Positions 19,110-29,527 of a stretch of 32,000 nt of DNA are shown here, one piece after another. Location: NCBI RefSeq assembly GCF_000014265.1, contig NC_008312.1, forward strand, positions 4,320,001-4,352,000, in the 5' to 3' direction. Numbering within the stretch: position 1 is the first letter of the stretch; every line of letters begins with the position of its first letter. A program made the position numbers and the translations under genes. The notes beneath the pieces were generated by a model. The model was given only the letters and a program-made list of their open reading frames with translations, was not told the DNA's origin and searched no databases. This DNA is from Trichodesmium erythraeum IMS101. GTDB lineage: Bacteria > Cyanobacteriota > Cyanobacteriia > Cyanobacteriales > Microcoleaceae.

Positions 19110-20075
19110 TTATTGGTTTTGATTTTGTTGTTTTGCTAACTCTTGCTTATTTAATTCTCTATCTTTAATTGTGAGAAGTTCTGGTATTGTTACAAACTCA
19201 TAACCTTGTTTTTTCAAACCAGAGATGATCTTGGGTAAAGCTTCTACAACATGCTTTCTTGGGCCTCCACCATCATGTAGTAATACAATACCACCGTTGC
19301 TAGCTTTATTCAAAACCCTTTTGGTAATTTCTGGAGCTGACCTGTAATACCAGTCTACAGAATCAGCAGACCATAAGACTACAGTATGTTTCCGTTCTTT
19401 TACATAGTCAGCTAAACCATTCTCAAGAACACCACCAGGAGGGCGAAATAGTTTAGTCTTCTTACCTGTGACTTGATATATAAGCTTTGCTGTACTTTCA
19501 ATTTCACTTTCAATACGCTTTTGATTAATTTTACTTTTTTGATCGGGGTGGTTCCATGTATGATTCGCAATAACATGACCTGCTTCTACAATTTTTTTCC
19601 CTATTTCTTGATGTTCGTTTAAATATTGGCCGACTACGAAAAAAGTTGCTTTAATGTTATGTGTTTTCAGAATATCTAATATTTGTTCTGTAGTTTTCTT
19701 CCATGGACCGTCATCAAAAGTTAAGGCAATAACTTTTTGTTTGTTTTTAAGAGTAATATTTTGAACAGTTTTTCCTTGAAACCTTTTAGGTACACTAAAT
19801 TGAAAAATTTTTAATTCTAATTCCCTAAGTTTCTGTCGAGTTGTATCAATGTTTTTAGCCAGGATAGGACTGATTTTAGTTATTTCTAATTTGTTTTCTT
19901 TACTATTTGCTTGTTGATTAATTGCACTGCTAGTTACTGGTGGGATTTCTCTTGTGTTTAAGTGTAGTTTCGCAGATATATCTGGTATTAGTATCCCAAT
20001 TAAAAAACTGCCTCCTGCTGCTATAATTGTTGTTAAAGGTTTTCCCGGCTTAGATAATCTATCTAAATTTGTCAT
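19110..20075 (-). CDS. Polysaccharide deacetylase (NodB homology domain) with N-terminal membrane anchor
   Basis: Contains ALTFDDGPW, HTWNHPD, RPPGG and LLHDGGG motifs of carbohydrate esterase family 4 deacetylases, plus an N-terminal hydrophobic helix. Confidence 0.9.
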   Translation of the reverse strand: MTNLDRLSKPGKPLTTIIAAGGSFLIGILIPDISAKLHLNTREIPPVTSSAINQQANSKENKLEITKISPILAKNIDTTRQKLRELELKIFQFSVPKRFQGKTVQNITLKNKQKVIALTFDDGPWKKTTEQILDILKTHNIKATFFVVGQYLNEHQEIGKKIVEAGHVIANHTWNHPDQKSKINQKRIESEIESTAKLIYQVTGKKTKLFRPPGGVLENGLADYVKERKHTVVLWSADSVDWYYRSAPEITKRVLNKASNGGIVLLHDGGGPRKHVVEALPKIISGLKKQGYEFVTIPELLTIKDRELNKQELAKQQNQNQ

Positions 20076-20288
20076 CTTTTTCTTTCTTACTATTTTGTAA
20101 TTTTTGAGCAGAAATTTTGAAAATAGAAATTTTGACCTATTTTTTAGATGATTTTACTTTCATAATTACTGTTTAGTAATGAAGTAATAATAAATTTAAT
20201 GACTTGATAATTTTTGAGCAATGTATACAATATTTTGACTTATTTTTAATTTTTTTAATTAATTTTCCTCATAAAATTAGACGTTAAT

Positions 20289-21875
20289 TTAAATTATGTT
20301 ATTTACTGAGGATTTTCCATAGCAAGTTGTCTTAAAAATATCTACAATTTTTTGAGTGACCTCACCTATGCTTAAACCATCTGTACTAATTTCAACAGCA
20401 TCTGAAGATTTTCGCAAGGGAGAAATTTTTCGGTTAGTATCTTTTTGGTCACGACAAATAATCTCTTTTTCTACTTCTTCTAAGCTGATGTTCGTTTGAC
20501 CTTTCTGTTTTAATTCAACTAGTCGCCGTCGCGATCGCTCTTTTAGCGAAGCGGTTAAAAAAATCTTTAGTTCAGCATTTGGAAAAACATGAGAGCCAAT
20601 ATCTCGTCCTTCTGCTACTATTCCTCCTTTAGCGCCAAATTGTTGTTGTTGTTTGACCATAAAATACCTCACTGTAGGCTGGGCTGCAACAATTGAAACA
20701 TTATTTGTTACTTCCCTACTCCGAATTGCTACTGTGACATCTTGGCCATTGATTACGACATGGTTATTTTCAGGACTATTAAAGCTGATTTGGCATTGAC
20801 TTACTAATTCTGCTACCTGAGCTTGGTCGGTAACTGGCACACCAGATTGTAATACCATCCATGTTACTGCCCGGTACATTGCTCCTGTGTCCAAGTACAA
20901 AAGTCCTAGGCTTTGTCCCACTAATTTGGTAACTGTAGATTTCCCCGCACCAGCAGGCCCATCAATTGCAATGATAGGTTTACGGTTTCTCAAAAGTATA
21001 TTATCTATTAAACGGCAAGAGCCAATATAAGCAGCGATCGCTAATAAACCTATATTTTGAATATTTTCTAAAGGTTTTAAAGTCTCAGGGTCAACTATTT
21101 CCAAATACTCTAGTTTTAATACTGGTTGAGATGCTAACTTTTCCTTAACAGCATTTTCAACTGTTTCTAAAATATTTGGGGTATCTTGATTCTCTAAAAA
21201 TATTTTTCTACCATAACAAAGAGAAGCATAAAGCATAGAAGCTTGCTCCTTTTGTTCAGGAGTTAAATATTGATTCCGAGAACTAATAGCTAATCCTGAA
21301 GCTTCTCGAATTATTGGGCAATAAACAATATTAACTGGCAAACTCAGGTCTTTAACCAATTGCTTAATAATTGCCAACTGTTGAGCATCTTTTTGCCCAA
21401 AATAAGCATTATTTGGTTTAACTATATTCAATAACTTAGTTACAATTGTTGCCACTCCCTGAAAAAAATTCGGTCGAGAAACTCCACACATAATTGATGT
21501 CATATGAGATGGAGAAACAACTGTAGTTGTAGAGTCTTGAGCATCAGTAGATAAAGCATTTTTCATACCCATTGTTTCAGGAGTGGGAGCAAAAATTACG
21601 TCTACTCCTTCCTTTTCACAAAATTCTTTATCTATTTCTAACTGTCGAGGATATTCTTTAAAATCTTCCCTAGGAGCAAACTGTAAAGGATTAATAAAAA
21701 TGCTGACAACCGTAATCGTATTTTCTTCTCTTGCACGTTTAATTAAACTTAAATGTCCTTTGTGCAAAGCTCCCATTGTCGGAACTAAACCAATAGTATC
21801 TGGAGATTTTTTTTGTTCATTTCGCAGTAAATTTAAGTAGCAGTTTAACCCTGCAATAGTTGTAAATAAACGCAT
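20289..21875 (-). CDS. panC: Bifunctional pantoate--beta-alanine ligase / cytidylate kinase
   Basis: The N-terminal half has VPTMGALHKGHLSL and other PanC motifs. The C-terminal half has IAIDGPAGAGKSTV..LDTGAMYR (Cmk). This fusion is the usual cyanobacterial arrangement. Confidence 0.95.
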   Translation of the reverse strand: MRLFTTIAGLNCYLNLLRNEQKKSPDTIGLVPTMGALHKGHLSLIKRAREENTITVVSIFINPLQFAPREDFKEYPRQLEIDKEFCEKEGVDVIFAPTPETMGMKNALSTDAQDSTTTVVSPSHMTSIMCGVSRPNFFQGVATIVTKLLNIVKPNNAYFGQKDAQQLAIIKQLVKDLSLPVNIVYCPIIREASGLAISSRNQYLTPEQKEQASMLYASLCYGRKIFLENQDTPNILETVENAVKEKLASQPVLKLEYLEIVDPETLKPLENIQNIGLLAIAAYIGSCRLIDNILLRNRKPIIAIDGPAGAGKSTVTKLVGQSLGLLYLDTGAMYRAVTWMVLQSGVPVTDQAQVAELVSQCQISFNSPENNHVVINGQDVTVAIRSREVTNNVSIVAAQPTVRYFMVKQQQQFGAKGGIVAEGRDIGSHVFPNAELKIFLTASLKERSRRRLVELKQKGQTNISLEEVEKEIICRDQKDTNRKISPLRKSSDAVEISTDGLSIGEVTQKIVDIFKTTCYGKSSVNNII

Positions 21876-22196
21876 TTTTCTTGACCAATATAAGCAATTT
21901 TGAATTTATTATAGCAATGTTTATTCTACTCTAAAAAATTAGAAATCAATTAACCATTGACATCCCTTTCTAAATGAATGTGCAAGGGATAATTATTGCG
22001 GACCTTAACTTCAATGGGGGGGGGTAATATCTGGGTAATGTTAAAAATTTTAATTGCTCTATTTTAAAACTATAGGTGCGATGGATAAAATGAAAAGCTT
22101 TGACTCATCAAACACCAAAATATATTAAATTTAAAAGTCGTACTTAGGGTAAAAATTGGTTTTTATTTGCTGATCTTTTACCAACTCAAGCCTTAT

Positions 22197-23225
22197 TTAT
22201 GATTCACGAGCCATAACCTCTACTTTGACAGGAGCAACTCCAATTTGAATCATATCTAAAACATCTGCTGCAGCAGAGGATAAATCAATAACTCTACCTG
22301 GAATAAATGGACCACGGTCATTAATTCGCACAATAACTGAACTACCATTATGTAAATTAGTCACTCGTACTTTTGTTCCAAAAGGTAGGGTTTTATGAGC
22401 AGCAGTCATTGCGTATTGATTAAAACGCTCGCCATTAGCGCTTAAGCGACCATGAAATCCAGGGCCATACCAAGATGCCCAACCTTGAAATTGGAACTGA
22501 ATTGGTTTAGGAGCAACTTTTTTTGCTTTCGGTTGTGGCAATAGTTGTGGTTTACCTCCTATTTCTTTTAAAGGAGGAGCATTATTAACTTGTCGTCGTA
22601 GGCGGTTCGTTGCTTGTAAAGTATCTATTGCTAAGTCGTTGGTAGTATCTGGTAGGATAGTCTGCTCATTTATTTCTACTAATTTTTGGTCATTGGCCAG
22701 AATTATGTAGCCTTTGGTATCTGCATCCCACTTTGCTGTAATCTTTAAATTGGGACTTTCCTGAATAAATTGGTCTAGTCGGGACGCAACTACTAATGCT
22801 TCCGACAGGGGATCTTTTTGTTTGTTTGAATTGCAACATTGAATAGTAGCTGCTTTGGCCGCAGAGTTTGAACCTTGATGATCAGCCTTCTTATTAGTTT
22901 TATCAGAGTCAAGAAAAGTCAGAACTGGAATATTGCGAACATAGAGAGTTGCCGCTTGGCGATCAAGCAGTTCATGAGCTTTAATTTTAGTAATGCTATT
23001 GGGCTCTTTTTTTGTGTTAAACCTAAGTTTTCTAACTTTTAGTATATCTGTTTGGCTGTTAGCAAAGGTTTTTGGTAAATTATCATGTGTTTCTAAATTT
23101 CTATCTATTGGTTCGTTCGGCTGATCAGTTTTGCCTTCCCGGAGAACATAGGTATAACAGTAAGTTGCACCTACATGAGAAAACATTAGGAAAGTCATAA
23201 GACCAGTCCAAATTTTGTGCTTCAT
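22197..23225 (-). CDS. rlpA: RlpA-like (septal ring lytic transglycosylase / DPBB domain) protein
   Basis: The C-terminal [60 protein letters not shown] is a canonical RlpA double-psi beta-barrel. There is an N-terminal signal-like helix and a long low-similarity linker. Confidence 0.88.
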   Translation of the reverse strand: MKHKIWTGLMTFLMFSHVGATYCYTYVLREGKTDQPNEPIDRNLETHDNLPKTFANSQTDILKVRKLRFNTKKEPNSITKIKAHELLDRQAATLYVRNIPVLTFLDSDKTNKKADHQGSNSAAKAATIQCCNSNKQKDPLSEALVVASRLDQFIQESPNLKITAKWDADTKGYIILANDQKLVEINEQTILPDTTNDLAIDTLQATNRLRRQVNNAPPLKEIGGKPQLLPQPKAKKVAPKPIQFQFQGWASWYGPGFHGRLSANGERFNQYAMTAAHKTLPFGTKVRVTNLHNGSSVIVRINDRGPFIPGRVIDLSSAAADVLDMIQIGVAPVKVEVMARES

Positions 23226-24184
23226 AAATTTATTTTTTTATTAGCACATCTAGAGTTGTATTTACCTTGGTATAGTCCAGGAATGACTTTTCCGGATAAT
23301 TCAAACTCTTTGATGTTTAATTATGATTAAGGATCTGAAACACAATATCACAAACTTTTAAGATTGGGAAGCAAATATTAAAAATATTTTGGTTTATTTT
23401 CTAGAAACAAGGCTGATGGTAAACTTATAGAAGCTAGATGTAGTTTAAATTTAAATTATTATGTACATCAAGCTGTAGTATCAAAGTTAGTAACTTAGTA
23501 GGTATTTATAACATAAAATATTTATGGCTAGATATTTGAGAAATAATTACTGTTTTTACTCTCAGACTTCACTACAGTAAAAGCCATAAAAATAGAAAAA
23601 TAGTTAAAGAGTTAAGAAATCCAGCTAGAAATATTTAATATTTGATAATTTAATTAGTAGAATCTCGAAAGCATCAAAATGTTAAAGATATCAAACGAGA
23701 AAAACTACAGATATGATTAGATCTAAGATTACAACAATAGTTAATAATTTACAGAATCAACGTAATTCCTAAGTTTTCAATAGAGATAAACTAGATTTTA
23801 ACCTACTTTAAAAACATCAAATATAGTAGAGAAAAACATAAAAATTAATCGTAAGTGAATCATAAATATACTTTTGTCGAGTCATTATCAATTTGCACAA
23901 TATTTAATTAAAGCATTTATTCACATATCAGGTGATTCTGGTTCGTTATAATAAATCTACTAACTTGAAAAACTTGTAGTAATTGTGGTCATATTCATCA
24001 TAAACTTGGAACATCAAAAACAATTAATTCCCTTGAATTAATAATAATAATTTCTAGAGATATAAAAGGGTTAGGAAACATTATGGTTCGTGCTTTGCAG
24101 GCAACTACCCTTACTGTCGCAAGTAATGTTATACTATCCTCTGATTAGTTTATTTGACTGATTTGAGTAGCTTAAATATTGCAA

Positions 24185-25183
24185 ATGATGGATTATAAAC
24201 AAGCTGGTGTTGATGTTGAAGCGGGTCATGAATTTGTTAATAATATTCGCAATTTGGTTATTAGTACCCACCGACCGGAAGTTTTAGGAGGTTTAGGTGG
24301 GTTTAGTGGATTATTTGCTTTACCAAGTGGTTATAAAGAACCTGTTTTGGTTTCTGGTACTGATGGTGTAGGTACAAAATTAAAACTAGCAAATACTTTG
24401 AATTGTCATGATACTGTTGGTATTGATCTTGTTGCTATGTGTGTTAATGATGTGTTAACATCTGGGGCGGAACCTCTATTTTTTTTGGATTATTTGGCAA
24501 CAGGAAAATTAAATCAACAACAATTAACTGAAGTGGTTGCTGGTATAGCGGAAGGATGTCGTTTGGCAGGGTGTGCTTTAATAGGGGGTGAAACTGCAGA
24601 AATGCCTGGTTTTTATCTCCCTGGTGAGTACGATCTAGCCGGTTTTTGTGTGGGAATTGTGGAAAAAAGTTTGATTTTGGATGGGTCTCAGGTAAAAGTA
24701 GGTGATGTGGCAATTGGATTAGAAAGTAGTGGAATTCATAGTAATGGTTTTAGTTTGGTGAGAAAGATTATTGATGAATATAATATTTTTCTACAAGATA
24801 ACCTAGATTTTTTGGAGCAAAAAAGTTTGGGAGAGATGTTGTTGACTCCAACAAAAATTTATGTTAAACCAATTTTAGCAGCGCAAAAGTCTGGTTTAGA
24901 AATTCATGGTATGGCTAATATTACTGGGGGTGGTTTACCAGAAAATTTACCTCGTTGTTTGCCAGAAAAAATGTCTATTGATATTGATAAGAGTAGTTGG
25001 GAAATTCCTCCTATTTTTAAGTGGATTTCTGAAGTTGGTAATGTAGATAAAGAAGTAATGTTTAATACTTTTAATATGGGGATTGGTTTTGTAGTTTTAG
25101 TGTCACCAACTCAGGTAGAAATGGCGATAGATTTCTTTTTTTCTCAGGGAATAAAAGCTTATTGTTTGGGTGAAGTAAGTTAG
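24185..25183 (+). CDS. purM: Phosphoribosylformylglycinamidine cyclo-ligase (AIR synthetase)
   Basis: Contains [28 protein letters not shown] and GGETAEMPG motifs. The track start 24179 is TTG; ATG at 24185 (or 24188) is more likely. Confidence 0.95.
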   Translation: MMDYKQAGVDVEAGHEFVNNIRNLVISTHRPEVLGGLGGFSGLFALPSGYKEPVLVSGTDGVGTKLKLANTLNCHDTVGIDLVAMCVNDVLTSGAEPLFFLDYLATGKLNQQQLTEVVAGIAEGCRLAGCALIGGETAEMPGFYLPGEYDLAGFCVGIVEKSLILDGSQVKVGDVAIGLESSGIHSNGFSLVRKIIDEYNIFLQDNLDFLEQKSLGEMLLTPTKIYVKPILAAQKSGLEIHGMANITGGGLPENLPRCLPEKMSIDIDKSSWEIPPIFKWISEVGNVDKEVMFNTFNMGIGFVVLVSPTQVEMAIDFFFSQGIKAYCLGEVS

Positions 25184-25707
25184 TTTTTAATTAGACTTTG
25201 AGAAAATTATTGTGGGGATTTATTGATCTGGATGTTACGAGATTGTGCTACAGTTTAGTCTTGAAAAATAGTTGAAGCAAACTTTTAAATAATATTATTA
25301 TTATTAAAAAAAATCACTTTTATTATTTGATTCTCAATCATAAATGATACTCTGATTAAGTAATGTATTTGTCGCTTTAATTCCTTTTGATTAATTTGAT
25401 TCAACTAGATTTGATGCTCTGCTCGTGCTGACTGTATTATTGCTTTACTTAGCAATCTTACTTTCATCCTGGGAGAAAATTGAAGAAGGGATTTATAAGG
25501 ATTAAGTCTCTAAAAATTTTCTACCAATTTTTTAACAAAATCATCATTTACTGCTCTTGAAATGACAAGATAAGCAGAGCTAAAAACTGGTGTTTATTTT
25601 TTTTACCTGCTATTTAACACAAAAATTATGGAGTAGGGAGTAATGATAATTAACAGGAATTAGAATAAATAGTGAAAGGGGGTAAATCTTTATAATTTAT
25701 ATCTAGG

Positions 25708-26562
25708 TTATACAAAACCCTTATTTTTTTTTTCACTCCTATTGCGCAACAATTCTCCAACAATTCCTATTCCTCCTGAACCTATAATTAAAATTACACT
25801 CAGAGCATTAATATCAGGTTTTACTCCTGTACGAATGCGACTAAAAATTTCCATTGGCAATGTTGTAACTCCACTCCCAGAAGTAAAACTAGCAATTAAA
25901 AAATCATCCATACTTAGTACAAAAGCTAGCAAACATCCAGACACAATTCCTGGTAATAATTGGGGTAATAATACTTTTATAAAAGCTTCTACTGGTGTTG
26001 CCCCTAAATCAAGGGCAGCTTCCTCTAAATTAGGGTCTAAATCTGCTAATCTTGTGGAGACAACTAAACCTATATAAGCTAAACAAAAAACAATATGAGC
26101 TGCAATAATTGTCCCTAAACTTAATCTAATTGCCAGTGCAGCTAAAAATACTAAAGTAGCTACAGCGATCGCTATATCAGGAATAATTAATGGCAAATAA
26201 GAAATACCTAAATATAAGGACTTACCACGAAACTTATATTTAGCTAAACCTACCGCCATTAAAGTACCAAGAACTGCTGCAATAGCCACAGCAAAAAAAG
26301 CTACAGTTAAACTATTTTGGAGAGCAACTAAAATCCTAATATCCTGAAAAAGTTTGACATACCATTGTAGAGTAAAACCCTCCCATCCTGAACTATACTT
26401 AGATTTGTTGAAGCTATAAAAAGTCAGGACAAAAATTGGCAAGTACATAAACAAAAACATGGAAACTGTAAATATTATCTGCCAAGAAATCTGAAGTTTA
26501 GGTTGAGATTTAGACATATCTATTGGGAGATCATCTTCTGGATTAATAATAGTATTTGTCAT
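25708..26562 (-). CDS. potC: ABC importer permease, PotC-like (spermidine/putrescine type)
   Basis: 284 aa with six predicted TM helices. It has the EAA-loop region EEAALDLGATPVEAFIKVLLP typical of binding-protein-dependent permeases, and it is the last gene of the pot-like operon. Confidence 0.85.
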   Translation of the reverse strand: MTNTIINPEDDLPIDMSKSQPKLQISWQIIFTVSMFLFMYLPIFVLTFYSFNKSKYSSGWEGFTLQWYVKLFQDIRILVALQNSLTVAFFAVAIAAVLGTLMAVGLAKYKFRGKSLYLGISYLPLIIPDIAIAVATLVFLAALAIRLSLGTIIAAHIVFCLAYIGLVVSTRLADLDPNLEEAALDLGATPVEAFIKVLLPQLLPGIVSGCLLAFVLSMDDFLIASFTSGSGVTTLPMEIFSRIRTGVKPDINALSVILIIGSGGIGIVGELLRNRSEKKNKGFV

Positions 26563-26933
26563 CTTTAACTCTTTAGTTATCTTTATTCTTTGTTGATAGG
26601 GAAAAGAGAATGTTAGGGTATTTGAGAGATAGTAATGGTCTAGTAAGAAGGAGAATAAAAAGCTTTTATCTAATCTACATTCCCTAGGAAAAAATATATT
26701 TTAAAATCATGATTCAGAAGTTATAGGGGTCTGTGACAGAAATTAGGATAAAATCATAGTTATTAATATAAGTAAAAAATTGATTCATTATTTATGCTTA
26801 ATATTTTATATTTCTGCGATGATTTTAACTTTAAACAAGGTAATTTTTGGAAAATTTTATAATATAAATAGTTGCTAAAATACTTATTTTTATAGGCTTT
26901 TAAGTTCATAAATTAACTAGTAGAATTTAGGAT

Positions 26934-26968
26934 GTAAGCATTCAGCTATGAGCAGTCAGCTGTCAGCT
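26934..26968. repeat. Heptamer-periodic repeat GTAAGCA TTCAGCT ATGAGCA GTCAGCT GTCAGCT
   Basis: Five consecutive 7-nt units, read directly from the sequence. Related to the blocks at 30863-30898 and 31057-31092. Confidence 0.7.
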
Positions 26969-27023
26969 TTTTAATGAATAAATTAAGCATTCGTTTAATT
27001 TATATTAGATTTTCATGTTAATA

Positions 27024-27051
27024 ATAACTGATAACTAATAACTGATAACTG
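27024..27051. repeat. Tandem heptamers ATAACTG ATAACTA ATAACTG ATAACTG
   Basis: Four tandem 7-nt units ending 8 nt from the potB stop codon (27060-27062). Confidence 0.85.
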
Positions 27052-27059
27052 AAATGACT

Positions 27060-27971
27060 TTATTTAGAGGGTTTACCATCACCAAATTTTAGTAAAAGAG
27101 CAATGGCTATACTCACTCCTAAGATCAAAACCATACTTAAAGCCGAACCAAAACCCCAATTTTGAGTAGCTCCTAAAAACTGGTTATAAATTAATCTAGC
27201 GGCAGTCATACTGGAAGCGCCACCCAATAATTCTGGGTCAACAAAATCTCCCAAAGAACTAATAAAAACCAATAAAGAACCAGCAGCAATACCAGGTAAA
27301 CTTTGGGGAACTGTCACTTTCCAAAAAGTTTGTGTAGGAGTAGCACCTAAATCATATGATGCCTCTAATAGTCTCCGGTCTAATTTTTCCAAAGAAGCAT
27401 AAAGAACCGTCACAATATAAGGTAAATAACTATAACTCATGCCAATCAAAACTGCCGGAGTTCGATTCAATAATTCCAAAGGTGGTAATCCAATAATTCC
27501 AATAAATGAATTTAATACACCAGTGGGGCGTAAAATTGTAATCCAGGCATAAGAACGTAATAAAGATGAGGTCCAAAGTGGCAAAATAAAACCCAATAAA
27601 AGTAGATTTCGCCAATGTTTTGGCGACATTATAGCAATCCAATAAGCCACAGGAAATCCTAACAATAAACATAAAATTGTTGTGCCCGTAGCCAAATATA
27701 TTGAACGCCAAATTACCTTTAAATTCAAGGCTTCAAAAACTCGTAAATAGTTACCGATACCGTCAGGAATTACTAAATCTCCTGGTCGAATATTTTCTAC
27801 TAAACTCAGCTCAAAAATTACTAAGGTTGGCAATAATAATAAAAACAATAACCATAAACCTGCCGGACCTAATAAAATTAAAGGGCCTAATATTTTAATA
27901 AATATTTGACTTATACTATTGTTTGACTGAGAATTAAGCACCGGAAAATATGGTTTAGTAGGTGTAGTCAT
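27060..27971 (-). CDS. potB: ABC importer permease, PotB-like
   Basis: Multi-TM permease with the EAA loop LEASYDLGATPTQTFWKVTVP. The track start 27983 is TTG inside a repeat array; I prefer ATG at 27971-27969 (MTTPTKPYFP). Confidence 0.85.
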   Translation of the reverse strand: MTTPTKPYFPVLNSQSNNSISQIFIKILGPLILLGPAGLWLLFLLLLPTLVIFELSLVENIRPGDLVIPDGIGNYLRVFEALNLKVIWRSIYLATGTTILCLLLGFPVAYWIAIMSPKHWRNLLLLGFILPLWTSSLLRSYAWITILRPTGVLNSFIGIIGLPPLELLNRTPAVLIGMSYSYLPYIVTVLYASLEKLDRRLLEASYDLGATPTQTFWKVTVPQSLPGIAAGSLLVFISSLGDFVDPELLGGASSMTAARLIYNQFLGATQNWGFGSALSMVLILGVSIAIALLLKFGDGKPSK

Positions 27972-27973
27972 AT

Positions 27974-28001
27974 CAGTTATCAATTATCGTTTATCAGTAA
28001 T
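27974..28001. repeat. Tandem heptamers CAGTTAT CAATTAT CGTTTAT CAGTAAT (inverse orientation of 27024-27051)
   Basis: Four 7-nt units starting 2 nt from the potB ATG. The reverse complement reads ATTACTG ATAAACG ATAATTG ATAACTG. Confidence 0.8.
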
Positions 28002-28304
28002 TAGCTCAAGTCAAAATTATTGACTGTATAAATATTTTAATTTTATCAATGTCCTAAAAATTTTTTTGGTGTTAGATGAGTTATAAAATTTATCAAGGAT
28101 TTGGTTATATAGTGCTATACATAAGTTTAAATTGAAAAGTTAAAAGTAATGTATGATTTAGTTTGAGATGCCTAAGCCTGTAATGCTACAGATGTTCAAA
28201 GACAAGAAAATTTATTAATCTTTACCTATACCTTAATAAGTCAAAAAAGTTCGTAGAATAATCCTATAAATAAATTCAGTAATTTATCTTCTTTATTCTT
28301 TGAG

Positions 28305-29462
28305 TTATTCACTTCTTAATTGAGTCCAATATCTTTCATAAACTTCTTCATATTTACCCAGTGGAGCTAAACTTTCGCACTTTTCAAGAACTGACTCCGG
28401 AGGAAATAAAGTAGAGTCTTCCTTTAGTTCTTCTGGTAATATTTGATAAGCTTTACGAGAAGCTGTAGTAAAACTTAGTCTTTCCACAATTTGAGCTGCT
28501 ACATCTGGCTGTAACATAAAGTTAATCCATTGATAAGCACCCTCTGGGTTAGGAGCATTTTTGGGAATTACTAATGTATCTGTCCATAGGGAAGAACCAC
28601 TGCGTGGGGTAATATATTCTAGATCTTCATTTTCTGGTTTAATTTCTGCTGCATCAGAAGAATAACACATAGCAATTAACAAATCTTCTACCAAAATTTG
28701 AGACCGCCAACCATCTGTAGTAAAAGAAGCGATCGCTGGTTTGAGCGTGAGTAACTCTTGATAAGCTTCCTTAATGTTATCTACATTGGTAGAGTTGTAA
28801 GAATATCCTAATTTTCTTAAAGCACAACCGATCACCTCCCGTACATCATTCACTAAAGTCATCCGCTTCAATACTAAATCTTGATTTTCCCAGAGATATT
28901 TCCAGTCATTAGGTGGAGTAGATAACAATTTGCTATTGTAAATTAAACCAGTAGTACCCCAACTTATGGGTACGCTATGGGTATTACCAGGATCATATAT
29001 CGGGTCTTGAAATTGGGGAAATAAGTCGTCTAAACCAACAATTAGAGATTGGTCTAACTGCGTCAGCAAATTTAGATTAGTCATTTTTTGTACCATATAA
29101 TCAGATGGATAGATGACACTATAAGCTCCACCCCCCCCTGCTTGGACCCTAGCTAACATTGACTCATTGGAGTCAAAAACATCTGCAACTACTTTAATTC
29201 CAGTTTCGTTGTAGAAGCGATCAAGCAAATCTTGATCTGTATATCCTGCCCAAGTATATATATAGAGTAAATCTGAACGACCCCGCATTTTGGGGTTAGA
29301 TTTCACTTCAGCTAATCTCCAACCACAACCAGAGAGGGTTGAAACTGTGATAGTAGCTGCTGACATTTTCAGAAATTTACGTCTAGAAGTGGTAGTATTT
29401 TGCTGATAAATTGATTTAGCTATATCATTGCCTTGGTATTTCTGTAAATTAGTTGGAGGCAC
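28305..29462 (-). CDS. potD: Periplasmic substrate-binding lipoprotein, PotD-like, with twin-arginine signal
   Basis: 385 aa with PotD/PotF-type SBP similarity throughout. The N-terminus carries SRRKFLK (the Tat consensus S/T-R-R-x-F-L-K) followed by lipobox LSGC. The start is GTG at 29462, and no in-frame ATG precedes the RR motif. Confidence 0.85.
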   Translation of the reverse strand: MPPTNLQKYQGNDIAKSIYQQNTTTSRRKFLKMSAATITVSTLSGCGWRLAEVKSNPKMRGRSDLLYIYTWAGYTDQDLLDRFYNETGIKVVADVFDSNESMLARVQAGGGGAYSVIYPSDYMVQKMTNLNLLTQLDQSLIVGLDDLFPQFQDPIYDPGNTHSVPISWGTTGLIYNSKLLSTPPNDWKYLWENQDLVLKRMTLVNDVREVIGCALRKLGYSYNSTNVDNIKEAYQELLTLKPAIASFTTDGWRSQILVEDLLIAMCYSSDAAEIKPENEDLEYITPRSGSSLWTDTLVIPKNAPNPEGAYQWINFMLQPDVAAQIVERLSFTTASRKAYQILPEELKEDSTLFPPESVLEKCESLAPLGKYEEVYERYWTQLRSE

Positions 29463-29527
29463 AGTAGTTACAAAAAGTTCAAAGTCAAAATTAAGTTTAC
29501 GTTTTTTTTGATTGTGTTTAACTATTG

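Noticed and set aside
21964-21992. Hairpin ATCCCTT..AAGGGAT between rlpA and panC-cmk as a terminator
   Set aside because: It is a 7-bp stem with a 15-nt loop and no U-tract on the relevant (minus) strand, which is too weak to call.
26934-27051. Possible CRISPR array suggested by the tandem repeats between potB and potC and upstream of potA
   Set aside because: The repeat unit is 7 nt with no unique spacers, the arrays are only 28-36 nt long, and there are no cas genes anywhere in the window. These are STRR-type microsatellite-like repeats.
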